Below, one piece after another: positions 31,107-41,068 of a stretch of 64,000 bases of DNA (position 1 is its first letter; each line of letters opens with the position of its first letter). This DNA comes from an uncultured delta proteobacterium (GTDB lineage: Bacteria > Desulfobacterota > Binatia > UBA9968). The stretch lies in NCBI GenBank assembly GCA_963816145.1, contig CAWFJP010000004.1:512001-576000 (forward strand). Reading direction: 5' to 3'. Both the position numbers and the translations under genes were made by a program. The notes below the pieces were generated by a model. It saw only the letters and a program-made list of their open reading frames with translations, was not told the origin of the DNA and did no database searches.

Positions 31107-32207
31107 ATGGCCGAAATGAATTCACAACCCGTCGATCTCAAGCCGGAGCGGCTCGACACTTATAAAGTTTGGCAGGCCGAACAAAAGATTCCCTGCATTC
31201 GCGGTTTCTTCGTCAAGGACGTGAACACGGTTCCGGTGGAGTACTGGGATTTGAAAGGCGTGCCCTGTTCCTTCGTCGTGCTCGACGGCACCGGCGGTAC
31301 CAATGACGGCTACGTCTGCGAAATTCCCGCCGGCGGCAAGACCAAACCGCAGAAGCATATGTACGAGGAGATGGTCTATGTTTCCAAAGGCTACGGCGCG
31401 ACCACCGTGTGGCAGCGCGACGGCAAGAAGAAGCACACCTTCGAGTGGGGTCCGGGCAGCATGTTCGCGATCCCGATCAATGCCGACTACCAGCACTTCA
31501 ACGCCAGTGGGAGTGAAACTGCGCGGTACTTCGCGGTGACCAATTCGTGCTTCATGATGAACCTATTTCACAACAGCGATTACATCTTCAACAGCGACTA
31601 CGTTTTCACCGACCGCTTCGATCCGCACACCGAAGGTTATTTTAACGGCGAAGGAACGATCACCGGGCGATTTTTCATGACCACCAACTTCGTGCCCGAC
31701 ACGCACACGCTCAAGCTGACCAATTACGACGAGCGCGGCAAGGGCAGCACCAACATGAAATTCGACCTGGCGCGCAACACCATGGGCGCGCATATCTCGG
31801 AGTTTCCCGTGGGGACCTACAAAAAAGGCCATCGCCATGGTCCCGGCGCGCATGTGATTATTCTTTCCGGCCAGGGCTATTCGGTCTTGTGGAAGGACGG
31901 CGAGCCCGAGCGCGTCGACTGGGGGCGCGGCAGCGTCGTGGTGCCGCCGGATCAGTGGTTCCATCAGCATTTCAATTCCGGTGCGGCGCCGGCGCGTTAT
32001 CTGGCACTGCGCTGGAACAACTGGCGCTACCGCTTCATGCGCTCGCAGGATGGCGAGGGCGGAACCTACACGAGCTTGAAATTGGGCGGCAACCAGATCG
32101 AGTTCGAGGACGAAGACCCGCAGATCCACAGAGACTTCGAGGCGGCGATGAAGGCCGCCGGCGCCAAGTGCAACATGCCGTATCATCCGGGGTGCACCCA
32201 GAAGTAA
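31107..32207 (+). CDS. Bicupin protein
   Basis: QKHMYEE, YQHFN, HRHGPGAH and WFHQHFN motifs. Confidence 0.9.
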   Translation: MAEMNSQPVDLKPERLDTYKVWQAEQKIPCIRGFFVKDVNTVPVEYWDLKGVPCSFVVLDGTGGTNDGYVCEIPAGGKTKPQKHMYEEMVYVSKGYGATTVWQRDGKKKHTFEWGPGSMFAIPINADYQHFNASGSETARYFAVTNSCFMMNLFHNSDYIFNSDYVFTDRFDPHTEGYFNGEGTITGRFFMTTNFVPDTHTLKLTNYDERGKGSTNMKFDLARNTMGAHISEFPVGTYKKGHRHGPGAHVIILSGQGYSVLWKDGEPERVDWGRGSVVVPPDQWFHQHFNSGAAPARYLALRWNNWRYRFMRSQDGEGGTYTSLKLGGNQIEFEDEDPQIHRDFEAAMKAAGAKCNMPYHPGCTQK

Positions 32208-32268
32208 TCGCTGCGCGATTACTTCCGGGGTTCAAGGTTCAAACGTTCAAAGTTCAAGGTTCGGAGCT

Positions 32269-32299
32269 AAAAGGCCGGCTTTCTAGCCGGCCTTTTTTT
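32269..32299 (+). terminator. Rho-independent terminator
   Basis: AAAAGGCCGGCT-TTCT-AGCCGGCC-TTTTTTT. Confidence 0.85.
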
Positions 32300-32376
32300 G
32301 TCCGGTTGACGGCCAGCGCGGCTCGCGATACGACACTGCTTAGCGAATTAGTTCTTGTTTACAGGGGGATTCTTTT

Positions 32377-33477
32377 ATGCCGGAAGCCGCGCAGTCGCCG
32401 GTGGCGATCAAGTACGAACGCATCGATACCTATAAGGAGTGGCAAGCCAAACAAAAAATTCCGCTGGTCACCGGTTTCTTCGTCGAGGATTTGAACAAAG
32501 TTCCGGTCGAGCCGTGGGATTTGAAGGGCGTGCCCTGCTCGTTCGTCGTGCTCGACGGCACCGGCGGTGTCAATGACGGCTATGTCTGTGAGATCCCGCC
32601 CAAAAGCAAAACCAAAACCCAGAAACATCTCTACGAAGAGATGGTCTATGTCACCCAAGGCTACGGCGCGACAACGGTGTGGCAGAAAGACGGCAAGAAG
32701 CATACTTTTGAATGGGGACCAGGCAGCTTGTTCGCCGTGCCGATCAATGCCCACTACCAGCATTTCAACGCCAGCGGCAGCGAGTCAGCGCGTTACTTTG
32801 CGGTGACCAACTCCTGCTTCATGATCAATCTGTTTCACAACGTCGATTTTATTTTCAACAACGATTACCCGTTTCTCGATCGCTTCGATCCATCGGATGA
32901 GAACTATTTCAGCGGCAATGGCGAGGTCACCGGCCGCTTCTTCATGACCACCAACTTTGTCCCGGATACTCACACCGTCGGCCTGGCCGACTATAGCGAG
33001 CGCGGCAAGGGCAGCACCAACATGAAGTTCAACCTCGCTGGCCAAACCATGTGCGCGCATATCTCCGAGTTTCCCGTCGGCACCTACAAGAAAGGCCACA
33101 AGCATGGTCCGGGCGCCCATGTGATCATCCTCACCGGCCAAGGTTATTCCGTGCTCTGGCCCGAAGGGCAAGACATGCAGCGGGTCGACTGGAAACCGGG
33201 CAGCGTGGTGGTGCCGCCGGATCAGTGGTTCCATCAACATTTCAACTCGGGCGCCAAGCCGGCGCGTTATCTGGCACTGCGCTGGGGCAGCTGGAAGTTC
33301 CGCTTCATGCGCATGCAAGACGGCGAAGGCGGGACTTATACGAGCATTAAGAAGGGCGGCGGGCAGATTGAGTTCGAGGACGAAGATCCGCGCATTCATC
33401 AAGAGTTCGAAGCTTCGATGAATCTCGCCGGCGCCCGCTGCAATATGCCGTATCATCCGGGGTGTACACAGAAGTAA
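32377..33477 (+). CDS. Bicupin protein, tandem duplicate of 31107
   Basis: Same length (366 aa), long identical stretches, same C-terminus CNMPYHPGCTQK. Confidence 0.9.
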   Translation: MPEAAQSPVAIKYERIDTYKEWQAKQKIPLVTGFFVEDLNKVPVEPWDLKGVPCSFVVLDGTGGVNDGYVCEIPPKSKTKTQKHLYEEMVYVTQGYGATTVWQKDGKKHTFEWGPGSLFAVPINAHYQHFNASGSESARYFAVTNSCFMINLFHNVDFIFNNDYPFLDRFDPSDENYFSGNGEVTGRFFMTTNFVPDTHTVGLADYSERGKGSTNMKFNLAGQTMCAHISEFPVGTYKKGHKHGPGAHVIILTGQGYSVLWPEGQDMQRVDWKPGSVVVPPDQWFHQHFNSGAKPARYLALRWGSWKFRFMRMQDGEGGTYTSIKKGGGQIEFEDEDPRIHQEFEASMNLAGARCNMPYHPGCTQK

Positions 33478-33499
33478 TCGCGCTGCGATTACTTCTGTT

Positions 33500-33582
33500 G
33501 TTTAAAGGTTCAAGCGTTCAAGGTTCAACGTTCGGATTCCGGCCCGCTTTGACCTTGAACGTTGAACTTTTGAACCCTGAAC
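33500..33582. repeat. Inverted pair of GTTCAAG 7-mer arrays (also 50551-50671; single arms at 32230-32262 and 49387-49419)
   Basis: GGTTCAAGCGTTCAAGGTTCAACGTTC ... TTGACCTTGAACGTTGAACTTTTGAACCCTGAAC. Confidence 0.85.
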
Positions 33583-33599
33583 AGAAACGGGAGGTTCCT

Positions 33600-34613
33600 A
33601 TGCCACGACTCAGACTCAGCTTCGTTTCCGCCTACAACGAACGCGTGCAGCCGCTGATGGATGGCAGTATTCAGCCGGAAGGCGTCGAACTTCTGCCGAC
33701 CTATTCCGATCCGTCGGAAACTTTCTGGCGCCAGCTTAAGTTTCACGAGTTTGAAGTCTCGGAGATGTCGCTGTCGTCCTACCTGATCGCCCGATCGCGC
33801 GGCATGGACTTTGTTGCGATCCCTGTGTTCCCGGCGCGCCGCTTCTTTCATGCCGAGCTTTCCTACCATGTCGATTCGGGAATCAAGCAACCAAGCGACG
33901 TGACTGGCCATCGTATTGGCGTCGGCGAATACCAGCAGACCGCTTCGCTCTGGGTGCGCGGCACCTTGGATCATGATTTTGGGGTGTCGCAGTACAAAGT
34001 CGATTGGTACATGGAACGTACCGATGAGTTAAGCCACGGCGGAGCGACCGGATTTGCGCCGCCCAAGGGCATCTCGTTCAACAAGATACCAGCAGATAAG
34101 AGCATCGCTTCGATGCTCGTCAATCACGAGATCGACGTCGCGTCAGTGACGCGAGCGTTTTCGCGCGAATCGAACATCATTGACCGGTCGACTCAGATCC
34201 GGGCCGAGAGCGGTGACTGGAGCAAAGTGAAACCGCTGTTTCCCGACCGCGTCGCTGAAGCCGCCCGGTTCGTCAAGCAGCACGGTTTCGCCCCGGCGAA
34301 TCACGCGTACGCGATCCGCGGCGACGTCGCGCGCAAGTATCCTTGGTTGGCGTTCAATCTATACAAAGCGTTTGCCGCCGCGAAAGCGGCGTGGCGCGAT
34401 CGCTTCGTCGAGAATCTCCCGTCAGGGCTTTTTTTTGGCAGAGAATATGCCGCCAAGACGCGCGAGATTCTCGGCGACGATCCCTATCCCTACGGCATTA
34501 AAGCCAACCGTCCGATGTTGGAAACGATTATTGACTATTCCTACGAGCAAGGTTTGACCCCGCAGAAGGCCAGAATCGAAGATTTGTTCGCGCCGGCGAC
34601 GTTGGATCTCTAA
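33600..34613 (+). CDS. 4,5-dihydroxyphthalate decarboxylase-like (OphC/Pht5 family) protein
   Basis: EFEVSEMSLSSY, AIPVFP.R.F, IGVGEYQQTA and DPYPYGIKANR motifs. Confidence 0.8.
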   Translation: MPRLRLSFVSAYNERVQPLMDGSIQPEGVELLPTYSDPSETFWRQLKFHEFEVSEMSLSSYLIARSRGMDFVAIPVFPARRFFHAELSYHVDSGIKQPSDVTGHRIGVGEYQQTASLWVRGTLDHDFGVSQYKVDWYMERTDELSHGGATGFAPPKGISFNKIPADKSIASMLVNHEIDVASVTRAFSRESNIIDRSTQIRAESGDWSKVKPLFPDRVAEAARFVKQHGFAPANHAYAIRGDVARKYPWLAFNLYKAFAAAKAAWRDRFVENLPSGLFFGREYAAKTREILGDDPYPYGIKANRPMLETIIDYSYEQGLTPQKARIEDLFAPATLDL

Positions 34614-34635
34614 GCTGGCGCAGAGAGGATCGGCG

Positions 34636-35745
34636 ATGATTCGCCCGAGTGTTCCGCTGCTCACTTTGTTGCTGTGCCAACTGTCGCTGCCGCAAACGGT
34701 GCTTGCGGCTGAATCTGTCACAGCGCCCGAAGGCGAATGGGAACGCACGGTCAAAGCCGCCGAGCAGGAAGGCCAAGTCAACGTCTACAAGATCGCCAGC
34801 GACTCCGAGTGGCAAGCCTTTCAGAAAAAATACCCCAAGATCAAAGTCAACCTCTTCCACGCCACGGCAGCACAACATTTGCAGCGCTTGCTGGCCGAGC
34901 GGCGGGCGGGAAAATTTCTCGCCGATGTGGTTCGCCTCGGCGGCGGCACCAGCACGTCGCTTTACAAAGCCAAGGCCATCGACCCGCTGCCGCCGGCGTT
35001 GCTGCTGCCCGAAGTCAAAGATCAGGCAAAATGGTTCGAGGGGCGGCACCAATACAACGACGTCGACAACCAGTATGTGTTTATCTACGCGGCGTTTCCG
35101 TTGCATCTGCTCGGATACAATCCGAAAATCGTCGAGGCGCAGAATCTGCGCAGTTACGCAGACTTATTGGATCCCAAGTGGAAGGGCAAAATTACCCTCA
35201 AAGATCCGCGCGATCCGGGCGGCGCGAGTCCTTTGCTGTTTCTCTATAACAACCCGCAGCTGGGGCCGGAGTTTATCAAGAAGCTCTTTACCATGGCCGG
35301 TCTGACGTTGATCCGCGACGAACGCCAGCAACTCGATTGGATCGCCTCGGGGAAATATCCCCTGGCAATCACGGCAAAGCCGGAACAGCTTGAAGATGCG
35401 AGAAATAAAGGACTGCCCGTAGAAGTGCTCGACGCTCATACGATGAAAAAGGACGGCGTCGGCCTGGAAGCGGGCGGGACGATGATCGCGCTAGCGAACA
35501 AAGCGCCCCATCCGAACGCAGCCAAAGTGCTGGTCAATTGGTTTTTGTCGCGCGACGGACAGATGGCCGTGCAAGAACCCCAAGGCAACGAGCCAGCGTA
35601 TAATTCTCTGCGCGATGATATTCCCAAAGACCATCTACCGCCGCGGGCGCAGCGGCAAAAAGGCGTGAACTACATTCGGCTCTGGGGACCGTCGGTTTGG
35701 GACCGTTCGGCGATCACGGATTTGGTCAGTGAGATGGCGAAATAA
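34636..35745 (+). CDS. Solute-binding protein, paralog 10
   Basis: Signal peptide and family motifs. Confidence 0.9.
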   Translation: MIRPSVPLLTLLLCQLSLPQTVLAAESVTAPEGEWERTVKAAEQEGQVNVYKIASDSEWQAFQKKYPKIKVNLFHATAAQHLQRLLAERRAGKFLADVVRLGGGTSTSLYKAKAIDPLPPALLLPEVKDQAKWFEGRHQYNDVDNQYVFIYAAFPLHLLGYNPKIVEAQNLRSYADLLDPKWKGKITLKDPRDPGGASPLLFLYNNPQLGPEFIKKLFTMAGLTLIRDERQQLDWIASGKYPLAITAKPEQLEDARNKGLPVEVLDAHTMKKDGVGLEAGGTMIALANKAPHPNAAKVLVNWFLSRDGQMAVQEPQGNEPAYNSLRDDIPKDHLPPRAQRQKGVNYIRLWGPSVWDRSAITDLVSEMAK

Positions 35746-35819
35746 GAAAACTCGTTCCAATCGTTCAAACCGTTCAAGCCGTTCAAAACGTGGATGGAAG
35801 AAGAATCGGATTTGGAGTA

Positions 35820-35958
35820 TCTCCGGCAATGGCGCCTGGGCGCAAAGGTGAGCGATGTCATTTCGAACGGAGAGAGAAATCTCGCTTAGATCCCTCGTAT
35901 TCGCTCGGGATGACAGGCCTCTGGCCTGCCACTTGGCGTCTTTGCGCCTTTGCGGGAG
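35820..35958. repeat. Composite CGCAAAG element with internal TGTC-REP pair (second copy of 25682-25815)
   Basis: TGTCATTTCGAACGGAGAGAGAAATC ... GATCCCTCGTATTCGCTCGGGATGACAGGCCTC ... CTTGGCGTCTTTGCGCCTTTGCGGGAG. Confidence 0.85.
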
Positions 35959-35997
35959 GAATATCCGGTGCCTTGTCGACAATAAGGAGACAGGCTT

Positions 35998-37203
35998 ATG
36001 ATCAAGGCAAGCGATCTTTCATGGGATGACGTGGTTCGCGTCGGCGCGGGTACGCCGGGAGGGAATTATTTACGTTCGTTCTGGTGGCCGGTGGCGCTGG
36101 CCGACGAAGTCAAAGATATCCCGGTGCCGGTGAAAATCCTCGGCGAAGAGTTGGTGCTGTTCCGCGATCTCGGCGGTGAACTGGCGTTGCTCGGTGCCTA
36201 CTGTGCGCACCGGCGTGCCTCGCTTGAGTATGGGATCATTCAAGCCAACGGCATTCGCTGCGCTTATCATGGCTGGTGTTACGACCGACAGGGCAAGATC
36301 GTCGATCGGCCGGCGGAGCCGATTAAGACGGCGCCGAATATTAATCATCCGTGCTATCCGGCGCGCGAGTTGGGGGGATTTGTATTTGCCTACTTGGGCA
36401 AGAACAGCCCGCCGCCGCTGCCGCGCTATGATGTGCTGATGCAAGATGGCTACCGGGTGGTTGAACGCGGCGACGCCGAAGCCGGCAAGGCTTATCACTG
36501 CAATTGGCTCCAGGGCGTGGAAAATACCACGGACACGACCCATCTGACGTATCTGCACGGCATTTATAAGTCTTGTCCGGCGTTCAAACCGGTGGAAGGC
36601 GAGTACGGCGTCAAACTTTATATTCTTGAGCCGCGGGCAAAGCCGAATCACGTGGCGATTCGCAAACGCTGCACCGTGTTGCCGACCATCAATCGCAAGT
36701 CCCGCGAGCTCTATCCGAAAAACCCAGGTGAGCCGACGGTGACCCTGCAGCAGGCAATCTGGGTGATCCCCATCGACGACACCCACTGCGAGGAGATGCG
36801 CATGACCGTTTATCCCGAGGCGCCGGCGGAAAAAAGCTACCATGGCGGCTTCGTCAAGCAAGCCAAACAGCGCGAGCGAAAATCCTACGACCGGCGTTTT
36901 TACGGCGAGATCCGCGGCAACGTGCCGCTGGAAGACAAAGCGATGGTGGAAAGCCAAGGCGCGATCGTCGACCGTACCCTCGAGCATCCGGGCTACGGCG
37001 ACCGGGCGATTTTGCTCTTGCGCAAGATGATCCGCGACGGCGTCGCCGCGGTGGCCAACGGCGAGACGCCCAAGGGTGTCATGAAAGAGGACGCCTCCCT
37101 GGTCGATCTCGACATTGGCATCGAGCAATATCCGGTGGGCGCGGTGCCGCAGAATAGAAAAGAATTGCTGGCTGAATTGCAGCAGCAGGCGGAGCAAATC
37201 TGA
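35998..37203 (+). CDS. Rieske oxygenase alpha subunit (divergent)
   Basis: CAHRR..CAYHGW, ENTTDTTHLTYLH and EDKAMVESQG motifs. Confidence 0.9.
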   Translation: MIKASDLSWDDVVRVGAGTPGGNYLRSFWWPVALADEVKDIPVPVKILGEELVLFRDLGGELALLGAYCAHRRASLEYGIIQANGIRCAYHGWCYDRQGKIVDRPAEPIKTAPNINHPCYPARELGGFVFAYLGKNSPPPLPRYDVLMQDGYRVVERGDAEAGKAYHCNWLQGVENTTDTTHLTYLHGIYKSCPAFKPVEGEYGVKLYILEPRAKPNHVAIRKRCTVLPTINRKSRELYPKNPGEPTVTLQQAIWVIPIDDTHCEEMRMTVYPEAPAEKSYHGGFVKQAKQRERKSYDRRFYGEIRGNVPLEDKAMVESQGAIVDRTLEHPGYGDRAILLLRKMIRDGVAAVANGETPKGVMKEDASLVDLDIGIEQYPVGAVPQNRKELLAELQQQAEQI

Positions 37204-37223
37204 AGGCTAAATCAGGACCGTCA

Positions 37224-37492
37224 TTCACTACGAAGTGTCCATGAGCTTACGCTCGTCTACAGAGCATGAAATTGCAGGCCCCTGCACCCCCCCGGTTCGT
37301 CATGCCGGCGCAGGCCGGCATCCAGGGGACGGAGGGGGGATGGATACCGGCTTTCGCCGGTATGACGGAAGCCTTATGCCAATTCGTCGGCCAGATCGTA
37401 CTTGCGCATGTATTTTCTCAGAAGGACACGAAGAGCACGAAGTTCGGAACCTTAAACATCCGAACCCTTCGCGGCCTTCGTGAGCTTCGTGG
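37224..37492. repeat. ACCACGAAG element interrupted by an about 190-bp insert containing a CGTC-REP pair
   Basis: TTCACTACGAA-GTGTCC ... GGACAC-GAAGAGCACGAAG ... CTTCGCGGCCTTCGTGAGCTTCGTGG; REPs at 37298-37367. Confidence 0.7.
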
Positions 37493-37550
37493 CGCGGTGG
37501 ATTTTCTCATGGCCCGCGACTAATGCAGCCAATTTGATGGGACCAAAACG

Positions 37551-38423
37551 ATGAAAACATATAATTCGACGGCTCCCTTGGAGCGCGTGGGATTTATCGG
37601 CCTCGGCAACATGGGCGGCGCCATCGCGCTGCGATTGCTGCGCGCCGGTTATCCACTGACGATTTTAGACTTGGACGCGGAAAAGATGGCGGGTCTCATT
37701 AACGAAGGCGCGACGCGCGCTGCCACGCCGCGAGAAGTGGCCGAGCGTTGCACCATCGTCCTCGCGTCGCTGCAACCGGACGACGTCGAGAAAGTTGCCT
37801 GCGGCACCGACGGCATTGCTCAAAGTAAAAACAAGAGTGTTGTTTTTGTCGATCTCAGCAGCACGACCGAGCAGACGGCGATCAAAGTTGCCGATTCGTT
37901 GCGTGCGTGCGGCATCGAAATGCTCGACTCTCCGGTGAGCGGCGCGGACATCGGCGCGACCAACGGCCATCTGACGCTCTTTGTCGGCGGCAGTTATCAA
38001 GCCTATCAGCGCTGTCTGCCGGTGCTGCAACAGGTCGGGCGGATGGTTACCTATCTCGGTAAGAACGGCAACGGCCAGGTGGGTAAGAAAATCAATCAGA
38101 TGATGCAGGCGCTGTCTGAGCTGGCGATCTACGAAGGCATGTTGCTGGCGCAAAAAGCCGGTTTGCCGCTGCGGAGTTTTGCTCGTGCGGCGTCGGCCGG
38201 CTGTGCTCAGACTTGGCGCTTGGATGAGATGGTCAACGATGTTTTCAACCAGGGTGTGCGCCAACACCGCTTCAGGCTTCGTCCGGGCCGCACGGGCAAC
38301 GCGCTGAAGATGGCCGCGCGGCTGGGTGTCAAACTGCCCGGCACGGAAGCCGCCCACGAGCTGTTTTCGCGCCACGATTGGGAAATCGTGATCGATTTTG
38401 ACGATGACAAAGTTCCTGAGTAG
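37551..38423 (+). CDS. NAD(P)-dependent oxidoreductase, 3-hydroxyisobutyrate dehydrogenase family
   Basis: GFIGLGNMG, DSPVSG and G.GQVGKKINQ motifs. Confidence 0.9.
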   Translation: MKTYNSTAPLERVGFIGLGNMGGAIALRLLRAGYPLTILDLDAEKMAGLINEGATRAATPREVAERCTIVLASLQPDDVEKVACGTDGIAQSKNKSVVFVDLSSTTEQTAIKVADSLRACGIEMLDSPVSGADIGATNGHLTLFVGGSYQAYQRCLPVLQQVGRMVTYLGKNGNGQVGKKINQMMQALSELAIYEGMLLAQKAGLPLRSFARAASAGCAQTWRLDEMVNDVFNQGVRQHRFRLRPGRTGNALKMAARLGVKLPGTEAAHELFSRHDWEIVIDFDDDKVPE

Positions 38424-38429
38424 GTCTCT

Positions 38430-39578
38430 ATGATCGAGCCCAGGTGTTTAGTCGGGTTGTTGCTGGCCGTGGTGATGCTTGCGTTAGCTAGCTCGGTCGC
38501 AGCGGCTGATTCTAACGCCTCCCCAGGCTGGGAGCCTGAGTGGAACCGCACGGTCAAGGCCGCCGAGCAAGAAGGGCAATTGGTGCTTTACAGTCTCACC
38601 GAAGTGGGCGAGGCGATCAGTAACACCGGATTTCAAAAAAAATTTCCCAAAATCAAGATTTCTGTAATTTCGGCGCGTGGCGGCGAACATATTTCGCGCA
38701 TTATGGCCGAGCGGCGGGCGGGAAAGTTTCTCGCCGACGTCGGCAATCTGGGCAATACCTCGCCCTACACTCTCTACCAGAGCAAAGTCCTCGATCCGAT
38801 TGCGTCGGCCTTCATCCTGCCGGAGGTCAAGGATGAGTCGAAATGGTGGCAGGGCAAACAGCAGTTCATCGATCCGGAAGGGAAATATATTCTGGTATAC
38901 GTCGGCGCGCCGTTGTTCTTGGTCGGCTACAACACCAAGCTGGTCAATCCGAGCGGGTTCAAATCATACTGGGAATTGCTCGACCCCATGTGGAAAGGCA
39001 AGATCGTTGCGTTCGATCCCAAAGCCGGCGGCTTTGCTGCGACTCGCGATAGATTTTTTTTTCACAATCCGGAATTGGGACCCGCCTTTGTGCGCCGTTT
39101 GTTTAGCGAGATGGCGCTGACGTTGTACGCGCGCTTTCCCCAGGGAGAAGATTGGCTGGCAGCGGGCAAATATGCGCTTTGTCTATGCCGGCACCAATCG
39201 ATCAGCGAGGCCAAGAGCCAAGGTTTGCCGGTGGACCTGATCGAGCCGGCGCAGTTCAAGGAGGGCGTCGGTGTCGAAAGCCGCGCCAAGACTCTGGTGC
39301 TGATGAATCAGCCAGCCCATCCCAATGCGGCGAAAGTTTTTCTCAATTGGTTTCTGTCGCGCGAGGGGCAAAGCGATTTCCAAAAGAGCGCGGCGAAATA
39401 TGTCGACGCCGGTGCCGAGGGATCGCTGCGCGTGGACATCTCAAAAGACGAGATTCCCGCGCGCAACCGGCTCAATCCCGGTGTCAAATATGTGCCCCAA
39501 TGGAATCCGGACTACTTCGATATGAAACCGATCGCCAAAGTGATCGCCGAAGCGCAGGTTGAAGCGGGGAAGAAGTAA
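38430..39578 (+). CDS. Solute-binding protein, paralog 11
   Basis: Signal peptide and AHPNAAKVFLNWFLSREGQ. Confidence 0.9.
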   Translation: MIEPRCLVGLLLAVVMLALASSVAAADSNASPGWEPEWNRTVKAAEQEGQLVLYSLTEVGEAISNTGFQKKFPKIKISVISARGGEHISRIMAERRAGKFLADVGNLGNTSPYTLYQSKVLDPIASAFILPEVKDESKWWQGKQQFIDPEGKYILVYVGAPLFLVGYNTKLVNPSGFKSYWELLDPMWKGKIVAFDPKAGGFAATRDRFFFHNPELGPAFVRRLFSEMALTLYARFPQGEDWLAAGKYALCLCRHQSISEAKSQGLPVDLIEPAQFKEGVGVESRAKTLVLMNQPAHPNAAKVFLNWFLSREGQSDFQKSAAKYVDAGAEGSLRVDISKDEIPARNRLNPGVKYVPQWNPDYFDMKPIAKVIAEAQVEAGKK

Positions 39579-39593
39579 ATGCAAGAATTCAAG

Positions 39594-39675
39594 CTCACCA
39601 CGAAGGCACGAAGGACACGAAGGTTTCGAAAGAATAATAATCCGGACTTCGTGCTCTTCGTGTCCTTCGTGGTGA
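39594..39675. repeat. Intact ACCACGAAG inverted element
   Basis: CTCACCACGAAGGCACGAAGGACACGAAG ... CTTCGTGCTCTTCGTGTCCTTCGTGGTGA. Confidence 0.85.
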
Positions 39676-39694
39676 AGAATCATGGAGACTACTT

Positions 39695-40930
39695 ATGCTC
39701 AGCCAAGAAGAGAACAACCAACTTACTCAAGTGGGTCGCGGCACGCCGATGGGCGAGTTGTGGCGGCGTTATTGGCTGCCGATCGCGGCTTCATCGGAGC
39801 TAATCGCCAAGCCCACCAAAGCCGTGCGCTTGTTGGGCGAGGATTTGGTGCTATATCGCGACAAACAGGGGCGACCGGGTTTGATCGGGCCCCAGTGCGC
39901 GCACCGGCGCATGTCGATGTTGCTCGGTATCCCGGACAACGATGGCTTGCGCTGCCCCTATCATGGCTGGCTCTACGGTAAAGATGGCAAGTGTCTGGAG
40001 CAGCCCTACGAAACCGCCGAAGATCCTACCAGCAGCTTCAAAGATCGTATCCGCATGCTGGCTTACCCCGTGCAGGAGCTTGGCGGCTTGCTGTTCGCCT
40101 ATCTCGGTCCCGAGCCGGCGCCGTTGATTCCACGCTGGGAGTTATTTGTCCGCGATGGCGTGCTGCGCGACATCGGCGCGGCGGTGATTCCCTGTAACTG
40201 GCTGCAGATCATGGAAAACTCGCTCGACCCGGTGCATGTCGAGTGGCTGCATCAGCATTTTTTTAATTACGTTCAAGAGCGTTTGGGGCGCACTGACGTC
40301 AAGGGTAAGCCGGTGAGCCACAAGAAGATCAACTTCAAAGAATTCGAGCATGGCATCGTCAAAACCCGCATGCTCGACGGTCAGACCGAAGACAGTGAAG
40401 ACTGGCGAGTCGGACACCCGGTGTTGTTCCCAAATATTCTTTTGAGCGGCAGTACCCAGCGGCCGACGTTTCAAATCCGCGTGCCGCTCGACGACACGCA
40501 CACGTTGCATCTTTGGTATACCTGCTATGCGCGCGACGACGCCAAGCCGCAGGATGTCATCCCTTTCTACAACGTTCCCGTGCCCGGTGTGGACGCCACC
40601 GGCGAGCTTGACTGGTCGCTGCTCGATAACAATAGCGGCGAAGACATGATCGCCTGGGTCACCCAGGGCGAAGTTGCCGACCGCACGCAGGAGGCGTTGG
40701 GTTTGTCCGACAAGGGCATTATCCTGTATCGCAAACAGTTGAAAGAGCAGATGGAGAAAGTGCAGGCGGGCCAAGACCCGATGAATGTGTTTCGCGACCC
40801 GGCGATCAACCAATCGATCAAATTGCGGCTCGAAGAAGCTAAGTTGAATAAGTTCAGTTTTCGCGGCAGCGGCCAGACGCGCCAGGGCGGCGCGACCAAG
40901 TACAGTCCGATACTTAATTCAGAAAAATGA
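39695..40930 (+). CDS. Rieske oxygenase alpha subunit (LigXa-like)
   Basis: CAHRR..CPYHGW and ENSLDPVHVEWLH motifs. Confidence 0.92.
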   Translation: MLSQEENNQLTQVGRGTPMGELWRRYWLPIAASSELIAKPTKAVRLLGEDLVLYRDKQGRPGLIGPQCAHRRMSMLLGIPDNDGLRCPYHGWLYGKDGKCLEQPYETAEDPTSSFKDRIRMLAYPVQELGGLLFAYLGPEPAPLIPRWELFVRDGVLRDIGAAVIPCNWLQIMENSLDPVHVEWLHQHFFNYVQERLGRTDVKGKPVSHKKINFKEFEHGIVKTRMLDGQTEDSEDWRVGHPVLFPNILLSGSTQRPTFQIRVPLDDTHTLHLWYTCYARDDAKPQDVIPFYNVPVPGVDATGELDWSLLDNNSGEDMIAWVTQGEVADRTQEALGLSDKGIILYRKQLKEQMEKVQAGQDPMNVFRDPAINQSIKLRLEEAKLNKFSFRGSGQTRQGGATKYSPILNSEK

Positions 40931-40932
40931 CC

Positions 40933-41049
40933 GTTCCAGTTGTTCCAAACGTTCCAATCGTTCCAGCCCCCACCTCTTTCCTCCCCCGCGTCGCGGGGGA
41001 GGATGAAGGAGAGGGATGAAACAACTGGAACCTTTGGAACGATTGAAAC
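40933..41049. repeat. Inverted 9-mer arrays enclosing a CCCCC..GGGGG hairpin
   Basis: GTTCCAGTTGTTCCAAACGTTCCAATCGTTCCAG-[CCCCACCTCTTTCCTCCCCCGCGTCGCGGGGGAGG...]-TGAAACAACTGGAACCTTTGGAACGATTGAAAC. Confidence 0.85.
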
Positions 41050-41068
41050 CTAATCTTTGGAATCGAAC

